Source: Marispirochaeta sp. (GTDB lineage Bacteria; Spirochaetota; Spirochaetia; JC444; Marispirochaetaceae). From it: 64,000 bases of DNA. Where the stretch lies: assembly GCA_963676835.2 (NCBI GenBank), contig CAXXFF010000001.1, forward strand, positions 192,001 to 256,000, in the 5' to 3' direction. Shown here in pieces: positions 9,081 to 20,953 of this stretch. The notes under the pieces were generated by a model. That model worked only from the letters and a program-made list of their open reading frames with translations, was not told where the DNA came from and searched no databases. The first letter of the stretch is position 1. Each line of letters starts with the position of its first letter. The position numbers were made by a program, and so were the translations under genes.

Positions 9081-10251
9081 CAAAATCCTTTCCCAAAATA
9101 ATAATGATATCCATGGGATCTTCGAATCCCTCGTCTATCTCGACATAGTCTGTCTGTATTTGAATATTTCTGCACTGGATTACCTCCGCAATGCGTTTAG
9201 CAGTCTGAGGGTCACCCAGGCGATCTATGATAACCGTTTTTTCCAGTGTTCCTTCGGCATTACCTACCCTGGCAACATCATAGCCGAAACTCTGATATAA
9301 CTGGGAGGTCCTTCCCGCCAGTCCATTAACGGCTGTACCGTTGCGTATTTCTATAGCCACCCGAAGGTCATCTTCGGAAAGCAGGTTTTCACTTTTCAGA
9401 GAATTTATAGTCTGATTAAGGGTTTCCCTGAGCAGCCTGCCCTCTGAATGGGGAAAAATAAGTTCCTGGTCGTCTACAGTCCGCTCTGTGCCTCTCAGGC
9501 GCAGCAGAACCATATTCTCCGCATCCAGACGCTTCATTGCAGCCGCAAAACTCAGAATGCCACGACTGCTGAGATCGGTGCCCACCTTTTCCGCAAAAAC
9601 CTTGCGGGCATCTTCATGCTTCAGCATCTCTTCATTCAGGCCGATACCATGGAGCAGATTCTGAAAAAAGCTCTGTCCCCGGGAGATTCTCTCTGTATCG
9701 GTTTCTCCGCTGTCACCATATTTTATAAAAACAGAAGCTTTACTGCCATCCATCACAAAACTGCCGGAAGGAAGCAGCACTGTTACACCGGATTCGACAT
9801 TTTCCACCGGGTTGGCAATAAATGTTTCCACACCCCCGATCAGATCGACCATGTCTTCCAGCTCCTTGAGACTGAAAACAAGGTAATAATCAAATTCTAT
9901 CCCGGAAATTTCTTCAATTTTCCGCATATAAGCAGAAGGGGCCTGTGAGTTATACAGTGATTCTATAGCAGCGATTCGGCTCTGATCTTTTAACAGAGAT
10001 CCGGTATTGGGAGGAATATCTACCAGTGCCCCTTTTCCGGTGCTGTCCTGATAGAGAAATATATCTGAATAGAGAATAGTATCCTCTTCGCTGATAACCA
10101 GAAGGAAGGCTGCGGGTTCATCTTTTTGAATAAGATTTTCGAACTTATCAACCCGAAGCTTGCTGTAAAAAAACAGGCCGGCGCCCAGTAGAACGGCAAC
10201 CATTATTCCCAACAAAATCAAACCGGGATCAGCAACTTTATTCTTTTTCAA
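9058..10251 (-). CDS. LCP (LytR-CpsA-Psr) family protein with LytR C-terminal domain
   Basis: N-terminal TM; DMVDLIGGV; C-terminal IEIRNGTAVNGLAGR..VGNA..IIILGKDF. Confidence 0.82.
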   Translation of the reverse strand: MKKNKVADPGLILLGIMVAVLLGAGLFFYSKLRVDKFENLIQKDEPAAFLLVISEEDTILYSDIFLYQDSTGKGALVDIPPNTGSLLKDQSRIAAIESLYNSQAPSAYMRKIEEISGIEFDYYLVFSLKELEDMVDLIGGVETFIANPVENVESGVTVLLPSGSFVMDGSKASVFIKYGDSGETDTERISRGQSFFQNLLHGIGLNEEMLKHEDARKVFAEKVGTDLSSRGILSFAAAMKRLDAENMVLLRLRGTERTVDDQELIFPHSEGRLLRETLNQTINSLKSENLLSEDDLRVAIEIRNGTAVNGLAGRTSQLYQSFGYDVARVGNAEGTLEKTVIIDRLGDPQTAKRIAEVIQCRNIQIQTDYVEIDEGFEDPMDIIIILGKDFDGRYCKE

Positions 10252-10835
10252 TCCGCCTGCTCCATATTAGCTTTTCGGTACAAACCTCTGGTTTCAATAA
10301 ACCGGTATACCTCAGGAGGTACAAGAAAACGGTAAGGGCGTCCATTTCCCACCCGTTCTCTGATCTCCGTTGATGACACTGGAAAGTCGGGATTATCGAG
10401 ACGTGAATAGGGAATGTCATCCCGGGAAACCCGCATTTCGCCTCTTCTGGCCAGATACAGATCAATACTTTCCAGAAGATCCCGATATCTCATCCATTTA
10501 TGAAACCCCGGCAAAAGATCTTCACCAATAACAAAGCCTATTCGTCCGTCAATGTTATACAGATTTTTTATATGTGCTACCGTATCGACCATATATGAGA
10601 TTCCACCCCGACTGATTTCACAGTCAGAAACCTCATACCCATAGGGTGATACTGCAGCTTCTGTCATTTGGCAGCGCAGCCCTGGATCATCTGCGGGATC
10701 TACACTTTTATGGGCTGGACGATTTGCCGGGATGAACAGAATGCGTTCATAGCCTAATGCACTCAGCTCATCGGCAAGCTGCAAATGCCCAAGATGTACA
10801 GGGTTGAAGCTTCCCCCGAGAATGGCTGTTTTCAT
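10248..10835 (-). CDS. nadD: Nicotinate-nucleotide adenylyltransferase
   Basis: GGSFNPVHLGH, SSTEIRE motifs. Confidence 0.94.
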   Translation of the reverse strand: MKTAILGGSFNPVHLGHLQLADELSALGYERILFIPANRPAHKSVDPADDPGLRCQMTEAAVSPYGYEVSDCEISRGGISYMVDTVAHIKNLYNIDGRIGFVIGEDLLPGFHKWMRYRDLLESIDLYLARRGEMRVSRDDIPYSRLDNPDFPVSSTEIRERVGNGRPYRFLVPPEVYRFIETRGLYRKANMEQAD

Positions 10836-11812
10836 TCCTGATTAAACAAATTACCGAAGGCTCTCTTAAGGTCATCAAGGCCTTTACCGGAAAAGCTTGA
10901 GATAATAATTACATCATCGGACATTTTTCGGCGGAACTCTTCAGCTCTGCTTCCGTCTTCGTCAAGATCACTCTTACTTCCAACAACAATCCGCGGCTTA
11001 TGAATAAGCTCCGGGTTATACTCAGCCAGTTCTTCCATCAGGGTGGCATATGAAGCGGCGGGATCTTCATCCGCAAGGTCTATAATAAATGCCAGACCTT
11101 TTGTCCTCGAAATATGCTTGAGAAACTGAAAGCCCAGCCCGGCACCATGAGAGGCCCCTTCAATAATTCCGGGAATGTCTGCAAGAATACAGTCGGTGAA
11201 ACCGATATCTGCGACACCAAGGTTGGGGATCTTTGTGGTAAAAGGATAATCAGCTACTTTAGGGTGAGCATTGGTCAAAGCTGCCAGCAGACTGGATTTA
11301 CCCGCATTGGGAAAACCTACAAAGCCGATGTCTGCGATAATGTTCATCTCTACGATGACTTCCCGCTCTTCTCCGGGAATTCCTTCCTGGGCGAAACGGG
11401 GTGCCTGACGGATGGAGTTCCTGAAATGCCAGTTTCCCTTACCGCCCTTACCACCTTTAAGAAAAATCCACTCATCTGCTGTACCCAGATCTTTCAGCAC
11501 TTTCCGGGATTCCCTGTCCCGTATAACTGTCCCTGGAGGTACAAAAATGACCACATCCTGGCCGTTCTTTCCGTGCTTACGCCGGCCTTCACCGGGTCTG
11601 CCGTTTTCAGCCTTGAATGTGCGGGTCGATTTTATTCTTGAAAGTGTTTTAAGGTTGGCTTTTACTTTAAATACGACGTCGCCGCCGATACCGCCGTCTC
11701 CCCCATCGGGACCGCCTCTGGGTACATATTTTTCCCTGCGGAAAGATATACACCCATTGCCGCCTTTTCCGGAAGAAACGACTATATCAGTTTCATCTAC
11801 AAATCCAGTCAC
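10832..11812 (-). CDS. obgE: GTPase ObgE
   Basis: FRREKYVPRGGPDGGDGG, GFPNAGKS, YPFTT, DIPG. Confidence 0.96.
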   Translation of the reverse strand: MTGFVDETDIVVSSGKGGNGCISFRREKYVPRGGPDGGDGGIGGDVVFKVKANLKTLSRIKSTRTFKAENGRPGEGRRKHGKNGQDVVIFVPPGTVIRDRESRKVLKDLGTADEWIFLKGGKGGKGNWHFRNSIRQAPRFAQEGIPGEEREVIVEMNIIADIGFVGFPNAGKSSLLAALTNAHPKVADYPFTTKIPNLGVADIGFTDCILADIPGIIEGASHGAGLGFQFLKHISRTKGLAFIIDLADEDPAASYATLMEELAEYNPELIHKPRIVVGSKSDLDEDGSRAEEFRRKMSDDVIIISSFSGKGLDDLKRAFGNLFNQE

Positions 11813-11823
11813 GAAGGGGGGTC

Positions 11824-12078
11824 TTAGGCCTCCGTCTGGATTGCGATGTACTTACGGCCGAGTCTTTCGTGGAAGAGAACAGTGCCGCTCTCTTTCGCAA
11901 AGAGGGTATCATCTTTTCCACGGCCGACATTGTTGCCGGGGTGGAACCTGGTTCCCCGCTGCCGTACCAGGATTTCTCCTGCCTTAACAATCTGTCCGCC
12001 AAAGCGTTTAACACCGAGGCGTTTAGACTCTGAATCGCGACCGTTTTTGGAGCTTCCTCCACCTTTCTTATGTGCCAT
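11824..12078 (-). CDS. rpmA: 50S ribosomal protein L27
   Basis: [30 protein letters not shown]. Confidence 0.97.
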   Translation of the reverse strand: MAHKKGGGSSKNGRDSESKRLGVKRFGGQIVKAGEILVRQRGTRFHPGNNVGRGKDDTLFAKESGTVLFHERLGRKYIAIQTEA

Positions 12079-12089
12079 TGTCTTTCTCC

Positions 12090-12428
12090 TTAACGGATGC
12101 CTGACTGAACAGTCAATTTGACTATCTCAGGATTATCATCACTGATACCCTGCAGCCCTGTCAGCACCGTTTCGCATATACCGAACGCTCTCTCTGAGGA
12201 GTATCCGGACTCATATTCAACTGTAAAATAGACATTACCCGGTTTGGGAGCGCTGCCCTCAACCCGGGTACAGGGAAGATTCCTGAGAACTGCTGCAGCG
12301 GTACGGGAAATACTGCTTACAGCCGCACAAACCGCTGAATCTCCTCTGCCTGCAACCACTGCATGGCCTACCGCAGAATACGCGGTTATAAGCCCTTCAG
12401 ACGAAGTATATACCTCTATCTGTATCAA
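12090..12428 (-). CDS. prp: Ribosomal-processing cysteine protease Prp (YsxB/DUF464)
   Basis: GHA..VCAAVS motif; located between rplU and rpmA. Confidence 0.85.
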   Translation of the reverse strand: MIQIEVYTSSEGLITAYSAVGHAVVAGRGDSAVCAAVSSISRTAAAVLRNLPCTRVEGSAPKPGNVYFTVEYESGYSSERAFGICETVLTGLQGISDDNPEIVKLTVQSGIR

Positions 12429-12446
12429 TACAGTGTCCTGACCCTG

Positions 12447-12761
12447 TCAGGCTCCGGTAATATCCTTAACCCGGATAACGGAATACTGCTGACGGTGACC
12501 CTGTTTCCGCCGATATCCTTTCCGGCGTTTGTATTTCATAACCAGGACCTTGTCGCCCTTCGTGTGATCCTCGATAGTAGCGGTAATTTTGGCATCCTTG
12601 ACATAAGGTGCTCCTACTGTAACTCCGCCTTCAGCGCTGGTCAGCAGAACGGAATCAAATTCCACTTCGCTGCCGGCTTCGCCTTCGAGTTTATCCACGT
12701 GAAGTACAGAACCCTTCTCAGCTTTGTACTGTTTTCCTTTAATCTCAACCAGTGCGTACAT
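12447..12761 (-). CDS. rplU: 50S ribosomal protein L21
   Basis: MYALVEIKGKQYK..KRRKGYRRKQGHRQ. Confidence 0.97.
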   Translation of the reverse strand: MYALVEIKGKQYKAEKGSVLHVDKLEGEAGSEVEFDSVLLTSAEGGVTVGAPYVKDAKITATIEDHTKGDKVLVMKYKRRKGYRRKQGHRQQYSVIRVKDITGA

Positions 12762-12848
12762 CACGACAACCTCAACTATATCTCAAACAAAAATTCGTAA
12801 GCGTTTATATACCATAGGGATAGACTGATGGTCAATAGACCCCCCGCC

Positions 12849-14309
12849 TTACGGCAGGTAGGTCTTTCCCATCAGGTAGCGGTCAATTTCACGAGCCGCT
12901 CCCCGTCCCTCATTTATAGCCCAGACAACCAGAGACTGTCCTCTACGAACGTCTCCGGCAGCAAAAACACCGTCTGCGTTCGTTGCAAACCGGCCGTATT
13001 CAGCCTGTACAGTCCCCATCTTTCCCGCTTCAAGACCGAAGGTTTCAGTCAGATGATTCTCTGCTCCTACAAAACCCATAGCAAGAAGGGCAATGTCCGC
13101 CTTGAAGGTCTCTTCAGAACCGGGAACTTCGCTCATCTGAAAACGGCCGTTTTCATCCTTTTTCCATTCAACCCGTACAGTTTTTATGGCTTCAAGCTTG
13201 CCGTTACTGCCGACAAACTCTTTTGTCAGGATATTGTATTCCCGCGGATCATTGCCGAAGCGTTCAATTGCTTCTTCATGTCCATAATCTACCTTTAACA
13301 GCTTGGGGAATGTTGGCCAGGGAAAATCCTCAGTCCGCTCTTTGGGCGGTTCAGGGAGAAGCTCGAAGTTTACCAGCCCCTCACAACCATGACGCAGGCT
13401 GGTACCGATGCAGTCACAGCCGGTGTCACCACCGCCTATTACCACAACATGCTTCCCTTTAGCATGAATCGGCGCAGAATCGGTATTGCCGTCATCGAGA
13501 AGAGTTTTGGTATTGGCTCCCAGAAACTCCATGGCAAAATGGACGCCTTGGAGATCACGCCCCGGAGCGGGAAGATCCCTGGGCACTGTTGAACCGCAGG
13601 CAAGGAGTACAGCATCAAACTCTTTCTTGAGCTCATCACCGCTTACATCCTTACCTACTTCAACGCCGGTTTTAAAAGTAACCCCGGCCTCTTCCATAAG
13701 TCTGACCCGGCGCATAACAACGTCCTTGTCCAGCTTCATGTTGGGGATACCGTACATAAGCAGTCCACCGGGGCGATCCGCCCGTTCGTAAACCGTTACT
13801 TCATGTCCTGCCTGGCAGAGCTGATCTGCAGCGGCAAGCCCTGCAGGGCCTGAACCTACAACCGCAACCTTTTTGCCGGTTTTTGTTTTCGGCAGCGCTG
13901 CTTCCACCATACCTTTATCAAAGGCGTTTTCAATAATGAAGAGCTCATTATTCTTGATGGTAACAGCCGGCTCATGAATGCCGAGTACACAGGCGTACTC
14001 ACAGGGAGCAGGACACACCCGCCCGGTAAATTCAGGAAAATTATTGGTCTTCAGAAGCCTGCGGTAGGCATCCTCATTTTTCCCGTTGTAAACAAGGTCA
14101 TTCCATTCGGGAATAATATTGTCCACCGGACAGCCGTAGCTGGAATGACAGAAAGGAACTCCGCAGTCCATACACCTGGCAGCCTGAATCTTTCTCTCTT
14201 CATCGGAGAGAAAATCAAGAAACTCGTTATAGTTTTCAAGGCGGCCCTTTGCATCAGTATAGGGGGTCGCCTTCCGTTCATAGTCCAAGAAACCTGTGGG
14301 CTTACCCAT
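12849..14309 (-). CDS. gltD: Glutamate synthase small (beta) subunit
   Basis: [48 protein letters not shown]. Confidence 0.96.
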   Translation of the reverse strand: MGKPTGFLDYERKATPYTDAKGRLENYNEFLDFLSDEERKIQAARCMDCGVPFCHSSYGCPVDNIIPEWNDLVYNGKNEDAYRRLLKTNNFPEFTGRVCPAPCEYACVLGIHEPAVTIKNNELFIIENAFDKGMVEAALPKTKTGKKVAVVGSGPAGLAAADQLCQAGHEVTVYERADRPGGLLMYGIPNMKLDKDVVMRRVRLMEEAGVTFKTGVEVGKDVSGDELKKEFDAVLLACGSTVPRDLPAPGRDLQGVHFAMEFLGANTKTLLDDGNTDSAPIHAKGKHVVVIGGGDTGCDCIGTSLRHGCEGLVNFELLPEPPKERTEDFPWPTFPKLLKVDYGHEEAIERFGNDPREYNILTKEFVGSNGKLEAIKTVRVEWKKDENGRFQMSEVPGSEETFKADIALLAMGFVGAENHLTETFGLEAGKMGTVQAEYGRFATNADGVFAAGDVRRGQSLVVWAINEGRGAAREIDRYLMGKTYLP

Positions 14310-17300
14310 TTACGGCCTCCTTTTCACTCTTGGCTTTCATTTCATTCAGTACACGCTTGTAGTCCCGGGGCATAACCTTGCGGAAACCGGCAGCATTCTT
14401 TTCCCATTTATCAAGGATTCCTGCTGCAACAGAGGACCCGGTCTTCTGCTCATGCTTCTCGATCATGCCGCGGAGATAATCGGAATCCTCTTTTTCAAGA
14501 GTTTCCAGATCGACCAGCTCATCGTTATAAAGATCATCAAGCTTCTTATCGGGGTCATAGACATAGGCAATTCCGCCGGACATACCGGCAGCGAAGTTAC
14601 GCCCGACAGATCCGAGAACAATTGCCCGGCCGCCGGTCATATACTCACAGCCGTGATCACCGACACCCTCTATTACAACCTCAGCACCGGAGTTACGTAC
14701 ACAGAAGCGCTCTGCCGCCTTACCACGGATAAATGCCTGACCACCGGTGGCTCCATAGAAGCCGACGTTACCGATGATAACATTTTCCTCCGGTTTAAAG
14801 CTTGCCTCTTTGGGAGGCTTGATTACCAGGGTTCCGCCGGAAAGACCTTTTCCGACGTAGTCATTGGCATCGCCTTCCAGCTGGAAGCTGACACCCTTTG
14901 AGAGCCATGCGCCGAAACTCTGTCCGGCTGAGCCGAAGAATTTTACATTCAGCTTTGTATCCTGCAGGCCGGCATAACCGTATTTCTTGGCTATGATACT
15001 CGAAAGTATGGTACCAACCGTGCGATCGGTGTTCTTGATACTGTAGGTAAGGTCGAGAGACTCTTTACCGTCAATAACATGGGCTGCATCTTCAACAATG
15101 CGCCGGTCCAGTACAAATTCAAGACCATGGTCCTGTTTTCTGGAACAGTAGACACCGGCTTCGGGATAAGGCTTAACAGCCTGCATGAGTACCGGAGAGA
15201 GATCCAGTCCCTTGTCTTTCCAGTTGAGAACATCTGTATCTGCTTCAAGCATATCCGCCCGGCCGATCATCTCATTCATGGTCCTGAACCCGAGGCTCGC
15301 CATGATTTCCCGAACGCTTTCGGCAAGATAGGTAAAGTAGGCTACAACATCCTCTACACGGCCTTTAAACTTGTTCCTGAGCCGCGGATCCTGGGTAGCG
15401 ATACCGACAGGACAGGTATTTTTCTGACACTTGCGCATCATAATACAGCCCATGGTAATAAGCGCCGCGGTACTGAAGCCGAACTCTTCCGCTCCCAGCA
15501 GTGATGCGATTACTACATCCCGGCCTGTTTTCAGCTGACCATCGGTCTGCAGGACAACCCGGGAACGGAGGTCATTCATAACCAGGGTTTGATGGGTTTC
15601 CGCGATTCCGAGCTCCCACGGGAGTCCGGCATTCTTGAGACCCGTAAGGGGTGATGCACCGGTACCGCCGTCATGACCTGAAATAAGGATATGATCAGCA
15701 TGTCCCTTGGCAACACCTGCAGCGATGGTACCGACACCAACCTCGGATACCAGCTTTACACTGATCCGGGATGATTCATTAGCGTTTTTAAGGTCGTATA
15801 TAAGCTGGGCCAGGTCCTCAATAGAGTAGATGTCATGATGAGGAGGAGGACTGATAAGTCCTACACCTGGAGTTGAGTACCTGGTTTTGGCGATAAAATC
15901 GTAAACCTTCTGTCCGGGAAGCTCACCGCCCTCTCCGGGCTTGGCTCCCTGGGCCATTTTAATCTGGATTTCATCGGAGTTGGCCAGATATTCAATAGTA
16001 ACACCGAACCGGCCTGACGCTACCTGCTTAATGGCAGAACGCTTGGAATCTCCGTTTGCCAGAGGCTTGAACCGTGCGGGATCCTCACCACCCTCACCGG
16101 TATTTGACTTTCCACCGATGCGGTTAAGCGCTATAGCGAGGGTTTCGTGGGCTTCCTGCGAGATGGAACCGTAACTCATGGCTCCGGTTACAAAGCGCTT
16201 GAGAATGTTCTCAACCGGCTCAACTTCATCGATGGAGATGGCTTCTGCCTTTTTAAAACGCATCATGCCGCGGATAGTTGCCTGTCGTCCGGAACGTGCA
16301 TCAAGACGGTCGCAGAACTTGTTGAACATATCCTTCCGCTTGTACCTGGTGGCCATCTGCAGGGTTGCAATGGATTCCGGATCCCACATGTGCTGTTCAC
16401 CGTCCATACGGTAGGAGTATTCCCCGTTGTTGAGAAAATCTTCCCACTCGGGTGCATTTCCTTCAGGAAAGGCTTTCTCGTGGCGCATAAGACTCTCTTT
16501 GGCGAGTACCGCGAAATCTGCACCCTGAATCCGGGATGCGGTTCCCGCAAAACAGCGGTCCACAACAGTAGATGCGAGGCCGACTGCCTCAAATATCTGA
16601 GCACCCTTGTAACTCTTGAGGGTTGAAATTCCCATTTTACCGAATACCTTGCGCATACCTTTGGCAACAGCATCACGGTAGGAATCAACCAGCACCTTTT
16701 CGCCGTAACTCTTATCCATGTAACCCTTTGCTTCCAGATAAGAGAGACTTTCAAGAGCAAGATAGGGGTTAACCGCATCCGCACCATAACCGGTAAGAAG
16801 ACAGAAATGGTGAACCTCTCTGGGTTCGCCGGATTCAAGCACAATACCAATCTGGGCACGCTTCGCTTCACGAACAAGGTGATGATGAACCGCACCAACA
16901 GCAATAAGGGCACTAATCGGAACCCGTGAGGCTGAGGCGTTTCTGTCGGAGAGCACCACCAGGGCGTAGCCGTCGGCTATGGCTTTTTCGGCTTCAGCGG
17001 TAATCCGGTCAAGGGCCGCAGAAAGCCCTGCATCACCTTCGCTGCGGTCGTAGGTAATATCGATGGTCAGGGATTTCCATCCCCGGTGATCCATGGATTT
17101 AACAGCCGCAAGTTCCGCATTGGTCAGCACCGGCATGGGGACATGCAGGCGGTGAGCATGGGTTTCATCTATGGAGAGAAGGTTTCCTTCCGGTCCGATA
17201 TAGGAATCCAGGGACATGATAATCTCTTCACGGATTGAATCGATGGGCGGGTTGGTAACCTGAGCAAAGAGCTCCTTGAAATAGTCATACATCAGCCGTG

Positions 17301-18840
17301 ACCGCTCGGAAAGAACCGCCAGGGGAGTATCGTTACCCATGGAACCAAGGGGTTCCTTGTGGGTTTCAACCATTGGCTTGAGGATCACCTGCAGATGCTC
17401 AGTGGTATAACCGAACATCTTCAGCCGCTCAAGAATGGTATCCTCATCGAGACCGGGAACATCAGCAGGAACCGGGACCTCACTTAAAGGTATCCGCTGC
17501 TTCGCAAGCCAGTCACCATAGGGGCGCTTACCGGTAATTCTGGACTTAAGTTCTTCATCGCCGATAATCCGGCCTTCCTCGAAGTCTACCAGGAACATTT
17601 TTCCCGGCTCCAGACGTCCCTTGCTGACCACCGTTTCCGGAGGAACAGGAAGTACACCTACTTCGCTGGCCATAATGACCATCTCTTCCTTGGTCACATA
17701 GTACCGGGAAGGACGCAGACCGTTACGGTCGAGAACAGCACCGATCACCTTACCGTCGGTGAAGCTGATGGATGCCGGACCGTCCCAGGGCTCCATGATA
17801 CAGGAGTTGTAGTCGTAGAAATCCTTCTTCTTCTGGTCCATGTGCTGATGATTCTCATAAGCCTCGGGAATCATCATCATGACAGCCTCTTCCATGGGAC
17901 GGCCGTCGAGATAGAGAAGCTCAAGAACATTATCAAAGGTTCCTGAATCGGAAAGATCCGGCTCAATTACCGGGAAACTATCCTGAAGGGCCGGGCCGAA
18001 GGTCTCACTCTTAAGCCCCCCCTCTCTGGAACGCATTTTATTTACGTTACCTCTGAGGGTGTTGATCTCACCATTGTGGCTCATATAGCGCAGGGGCTGA
18101 GCACGGTCCCAGCTTGGAAAGGTGTTGGTTGAGAATCTTGAGTGAACCATGGCAAGATGGCTCTTGTAATCCGGATCCTGCAGGTCCGTAAAATACTGGG
18201 GCAGCTGCTCCGGGGTGAGCATACCTTTATATACCAGGATTTTGGTGGACAGGCTGCAGACATAAAAGAAATGATCAGGATCATTCTCGCTGCCGCGGAA
18301 GGTATTGGTAAGCTTTTTACGCAGGATGTAGAGATCACGGTCAAAAGACTCCTGATCCGTTCCCTCTTTGCGACTGATAAAAACCTGTTCCATCCAGGGC
18401 TCACTTGCCAGGGCGGATGGACCAATCATGCTGTTGTCACGGGGAACAACCCGCCAGCCGAGAACAGAATGGCCGGCTTCGGCGCAGAGCTCTGTTGCTT
18501 TGTCCTTTATAACCTTCCGATGCGCTTCATTTTCGGGAAGGAACAGCATGCCTACCGCATATGAGCCGCGGCCGGGAAGCTCCATCTTCAGTTCATCTTT
18601 GGCAACTCTCTCAAGAAGCTCCCAGGGAACCGCTGTCTGGATTCCGGCACCGTCTCCGGTGTTCACCTCGGCGCCTACAGCACCGCGATGGGTCATGTTA
18701 ATAAGAATTTCTTCCGCATTACGGATAATAGAGTGACTGCGCTCGCCTTTCATATGGGCGACAAAGCCGACTCCGCAGTTGTCATGTTCGAACTCGGGCC
18801 GATATAAGCCAACCGGACCGGGTCTCTTTTTCAGATGCAT
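14302..18840 (-). CDS. gltB: Glutamate synthase large (alpha) subunit
   Basis: EHDNCGVGF amidotransferase N-terminus, [35 protein letters not shown]. Confidence 0.97.
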   Translation of the reverse strand: MHLKKRPGPVGLYRPEFEHDNCGVGFVAHMKGERSHSIIRNAEEILINMTHRGAVGAEVNTGDGAGIQTAVPWELLERVAKDELKMELPGRGSYAVGMLFLPENEAHRKVIKDKATELCAEAGHSVLGWRVVPRDNSMIGPSALASEPWMEQVFISRKEGTDQESFDRDLYILRKKLTNTFRGSENDPDHFFYVCSLSTKILVYKGMLTPEQLPQYFTDLQDPDYKSHLAMVHSRFSTNTFPSWDRAQPLRYMSHNGEINTLRGNVNKMRSREGGLKSETFGPALQDSFPVIEPDLSDSGTFDNVLELLYLDGRPMEEAVMMMIPEAYENHQHMDQKKKDFYDYNSCIMEPWDGPASISFTDGKVIGAVLDRNGLRPSRYYVTKEEMVIMASEVGVLPVPPETVVSKGRLEPGKMFLVDFEEGRIIGDEELKSRITGKRPYGDWLAKQRIPLSEVPVPADVPGLDEDTILERLKMFGYTTEHLQVILKPMVETHKEPLGSMGNDTPLAVLSERSRLMYDYFKELFAQVTNPPIDSIREEIIMSLDSYIGPEGNLLSIDETHAHRLHVPMPVLTNAELAAVKSMDHRGWKSLTIDITYDRSEGDAGLSAALDRITAEAEKAIADGYALVVLSDRNASASRVPISALIAVGAVHHHLVREAKRAQIGIVLESGEPREVHHFCLLTGYGADAVNPYLALESLSYLEAKGYMDKSYGEKVLVDSYRDAVAKGMRKVFGKMGISTLKSYKGAQIFEAVGLASTVVDRCFAGTASRIQGADFAVLAKESLMRHEKAFPEGNAPEWEDFLNNGEYSYRMDGEQHMWDPESIATLQMATRYKRKDMFNKFCDRLDARSGRQATIRGMMRFKKAEAISIDEVEPVENILKRFVTGAMSYGSISQEAHETLAIALNRIGGKSNTGEGGEDPARFKPLANGDSKRSAIKQVASGRFGVTIEYLANSDEIQIKMAQGAKPGEGGELPGQKVYDFIAKTRYSTPGVGLISPPPHHDIYSIEDLAQLIYDLKNANESSRISVKLVSEVGVGTIAAGVAKGHADHILISGHDGGTGASPLTGLKNAGLPWELGIAETHQTLVMNDLRSRVVLQTDGQLKTGRDVVIASLLGAEEFGFSTAALITMGCIMMRKCQKNTCPVGIATQDPRLRNKFKGRVEDVVAYFTYLAESVREIMASLGFRTMNEMIGRADMLEADTDVLNWKDKGLDLSPVLMQAVKPYPEAGVYCSRKQDHGLEFVLDRRIVEDAAHVIDGKESLDLTYSIKNTDRTVGTILSSIIAKKYGYAGLQDTKLNVKFFGSAGQSFGAWLSKGVSFQLEGDANDYVGKGLSGGTLVIKPPKEASFKPEENVIIGNVGFYGATGGQAFIRGKAAERFCVRNSGAEVVIEGVGDHGCEYMTGGRAIVLGSVGRNFAAGMSGGIAYVYDPDKKLDDLYNDELVDLETLEKEDSDYLRGMIEKHEQKTGSSVAAGILDKWEKNAAGFRKVMPRDYKRVLNEMKAKSEKEAVNG

Positions 18841-18875
18841 AGAACCTCCAGGGAGATAATGGGCCCTAATATTTA

Positions 18876-18891
18876 TGCAATTTTCATGCCA
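18876..18891 (-). promoter_or_regulatory. Sigma54 (RpoN) -24/-12 promoter of gltBD
   Basis: TGGCATGAAAATTGCA matches TGGCAC-N5-TTGCA with GG and GC at the correct spacing; 35 nt upstream of the gltB ATG. Confidence 0.72.
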
Positions 18892-19044
18892 AACATGACA
18901 GAAAACGGCATATATACTGTCCCGATTTAAATGTTAACTTTGGGTTAAAATAAATCTATTGCTAAAAATAAAATACCTGCACACTCAGATGCAGCAGAAG
19001 CAAGGGTGCAAGACTATAGGGTCGCAGCTAATTTATCAAATTCC

Positions 19045-19070
19045 GCAATCCTACACAAGAGTAGGATTGC
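19045..19070. terminator. Hairpin downstream of argS (probable terminator)
   Basis: Perfect 10-bp stem GCAATCCTAC/GTAGGATTGC with 6-nt loop; U-tract in the argS direction is weak. Confidence 0.5.
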
Positions 19071-19103
19071 AAAAAGTTTTTCCCACGTTGACGTAGGATA
19101 ACG

Positions 19104-20876
19104 CTACATTTTTTCCACGAAAGGAATATTCAGCAGGTACATCCCGTTTTTCAGTACACACAGTACAGCCTCTGCCAGCGCCAGTCTTGTTACCACCAGG
19201 GGCTTGCTTTCTGCGGCAAGGATAGGTGTATCGTGATAATAGCGGGAAAAGGTTTTTGCTATCTCATAGAGATAGCTGGTCAATACCGACGGGTTGTACT
19301 GTGCCGCAGACAGGGCTACAGCATTGCTGAAATCTGCAGCCTGTTTTACAAGTTCCCGCTCTTCACGATTTGTCAGCAATGTGCCGTCGGCCTTTATACC
19401 TTCAAACTCATTGGATCTCTCTTCAAACTTCCTTCTCATTGAAGAAATTCTGGCGCCCATATACTGGAGATAGGGTCCGGTATTTCCATTAAACGAGAGG
19501 GATTCCTTCGGGTTGAACACCATATCCTTATTCGGGGAAACCTGAAGCAGATAATAATGAAGAGCCGCAAGAGCCACTTTACGGCCGGTCTCCTCTACCG
19601 AGTCAACCTCACCTTCCCGTTCCTTCTCTTTTATTTCAGCTGCAGCCATGGCGGAGAGTTCCCGGATAAGATCATCCGCGTCGACCACGGTTCCTTCCCG
19701 GGATTTCATTTTACCTTCCGGAAGATTAACCATGCCGTAACTGAGGTGAAAAAGGTTTTTTGCCCAGGAGAATCCCAGTTTATCCAGTACGTGAAAGAGT
19801 ACACGGAAGTGATACTGCTGTTCGCTTCCCACCACATACACCAGCCGTTCAAAGTGCCAGTCCTTCTGCCGCTGGATAGCTGTCCCTATATCCTGGGTCA
19901 GATAGAGGGATGTTCCGTCACTCCTCAGGAGCACCTTTTTGTCCAGTCCGATTTCTTCCAGGTCAACCCAGACCGAATTGTCTTCCTCCCGGTAAAAGGC
20001 ACCTTTATCAAGGCCTTTAAGAATCTCGTCCTTTCCAAGGGTATAGGTCCGGCTTTCGTAATAGACCTGGTCAAAACTGATGCCCGTTGCCTTATAGGTC
20101 TGCTCTATACCGCCGATGGCCCAGCTGTTCATCAGCTTCCAGAGCTCGGTAACCTCCGGATCGCCGTCTTCCCAGGCAACCAGCATGGCCCGGGCCTCTT
20201 CATCGGCAGCGGGATACTCTTTTACCCAGTCGTTGAACTTTACATAATAGTCGCCTACGAAGCGGTCGCTTTTTATTCCCGTTGATTCCGGGGTGGCCCC
20301 ATTACTGAATTTCTTATAGGCAAGCATGGACTTGCAGATATGCACACCGCGGTCGTTTATAAGGTTCACCTTGCGGACATCAGCACCGGCTGCTTTGAGA
20401 ATACGGGAGATACTTTCACCAAGAGCATCATTCCTGAGATGCCCGAGATGAAGAGGTTTGTTGGTATTGGGGCAGGAGAACTCAACCATTACCGGTATCC
20501 CCTTGAGGGAATCTCCATGACCATATTCCGCAGGGAGATCTTTAGTCGCTGCAAGCAGATCTTCCGCAACGCCGGAAACAGAAAAGGCCACATTCAGATA
20601 GGGACCGGCAACCTTAACCTCGCCGTCGAGCCCTGAGTTGACAGAAATAGTTTCTGCCAGTCGAGCGGCTATAGCGGGCGGGGCCATTTTAAACAGTTTC
20701 GCATAAGGGAAAAGAGGAAAGGCAATATCGCCCATTTCCGGGTTCGGAGGAACACCGGGAACAAGGGCGGCTGAATCAACCTCTGCGGCATCAATTCCGC
20801 TGCTTTCCGCCAGACGGCGAAGTTCTGCCAGGACCGCGTTGATCCATGAATTTTTCAGTTTATCTATTCCGGCCAT
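19104..20876 (-). CDS. argS: Arginine--tRNA ligase
   Basis: EFSCPNTNKPLHLGHLRN, KMKSREG, GNTGPYLQY. Confidence 0.96.
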   Translation of the reverse strand: MAGIDKLKNSWINAVLAELRRLAESSGIDAAEVDSAALVPGVPPNPEMGDIAFPLFPYAKLFKMAPPAIAARLAETISVNSGLDGEVKVAGPYLNVAFSVSGVAEDLLAATKDLPAEYGHGDSLKGIPVMVEFSCPNTNKPLHLGHLRNDALGESISRILKAAGADVRKVNLINDRGVHICKSMLAYKKFSNGATPESTGIKSDRFVGDYYVKFNDWVKEYPAADEEARAMLVAWEDGDPEVTELWKLMNSWAIGGIEQTYKATGISFDQVYYESRTYTLGKDEILKGLDKGAFYREEDNSVWVDLEEIGLDKKVLLRSDGTSLYLTQDIGTAIQRQKDWHFERLVYVVGSEQQYHFRVLFHVLDKLGFSWAKNLFHLSYGMVNLPEGKMKSREGTVVDADDLIRELSAMAAAEIKEKEREGEVDSVEETGRKVALAALHYYLLQVSPNKDMVFNPKESLSFNGNTGPYLQYMGARISSMRRKFEERSNEFEGIKADGTLLTNREERELVKQAADFSNAVALSAAQYNPSVLTSYLYEIAKTFSRYYHDTPILAAESKPLVVTRLALAEAVLCVLKNGMYLLNIPFVEKM

Positions 20877-20953
20877 GTATGCCCTCTCCCCGCACCTATA
20901 CGCCTAGGCAGTATATTAAGTACATATAGCAGTTTCTGGATTTGCCAACAAAT

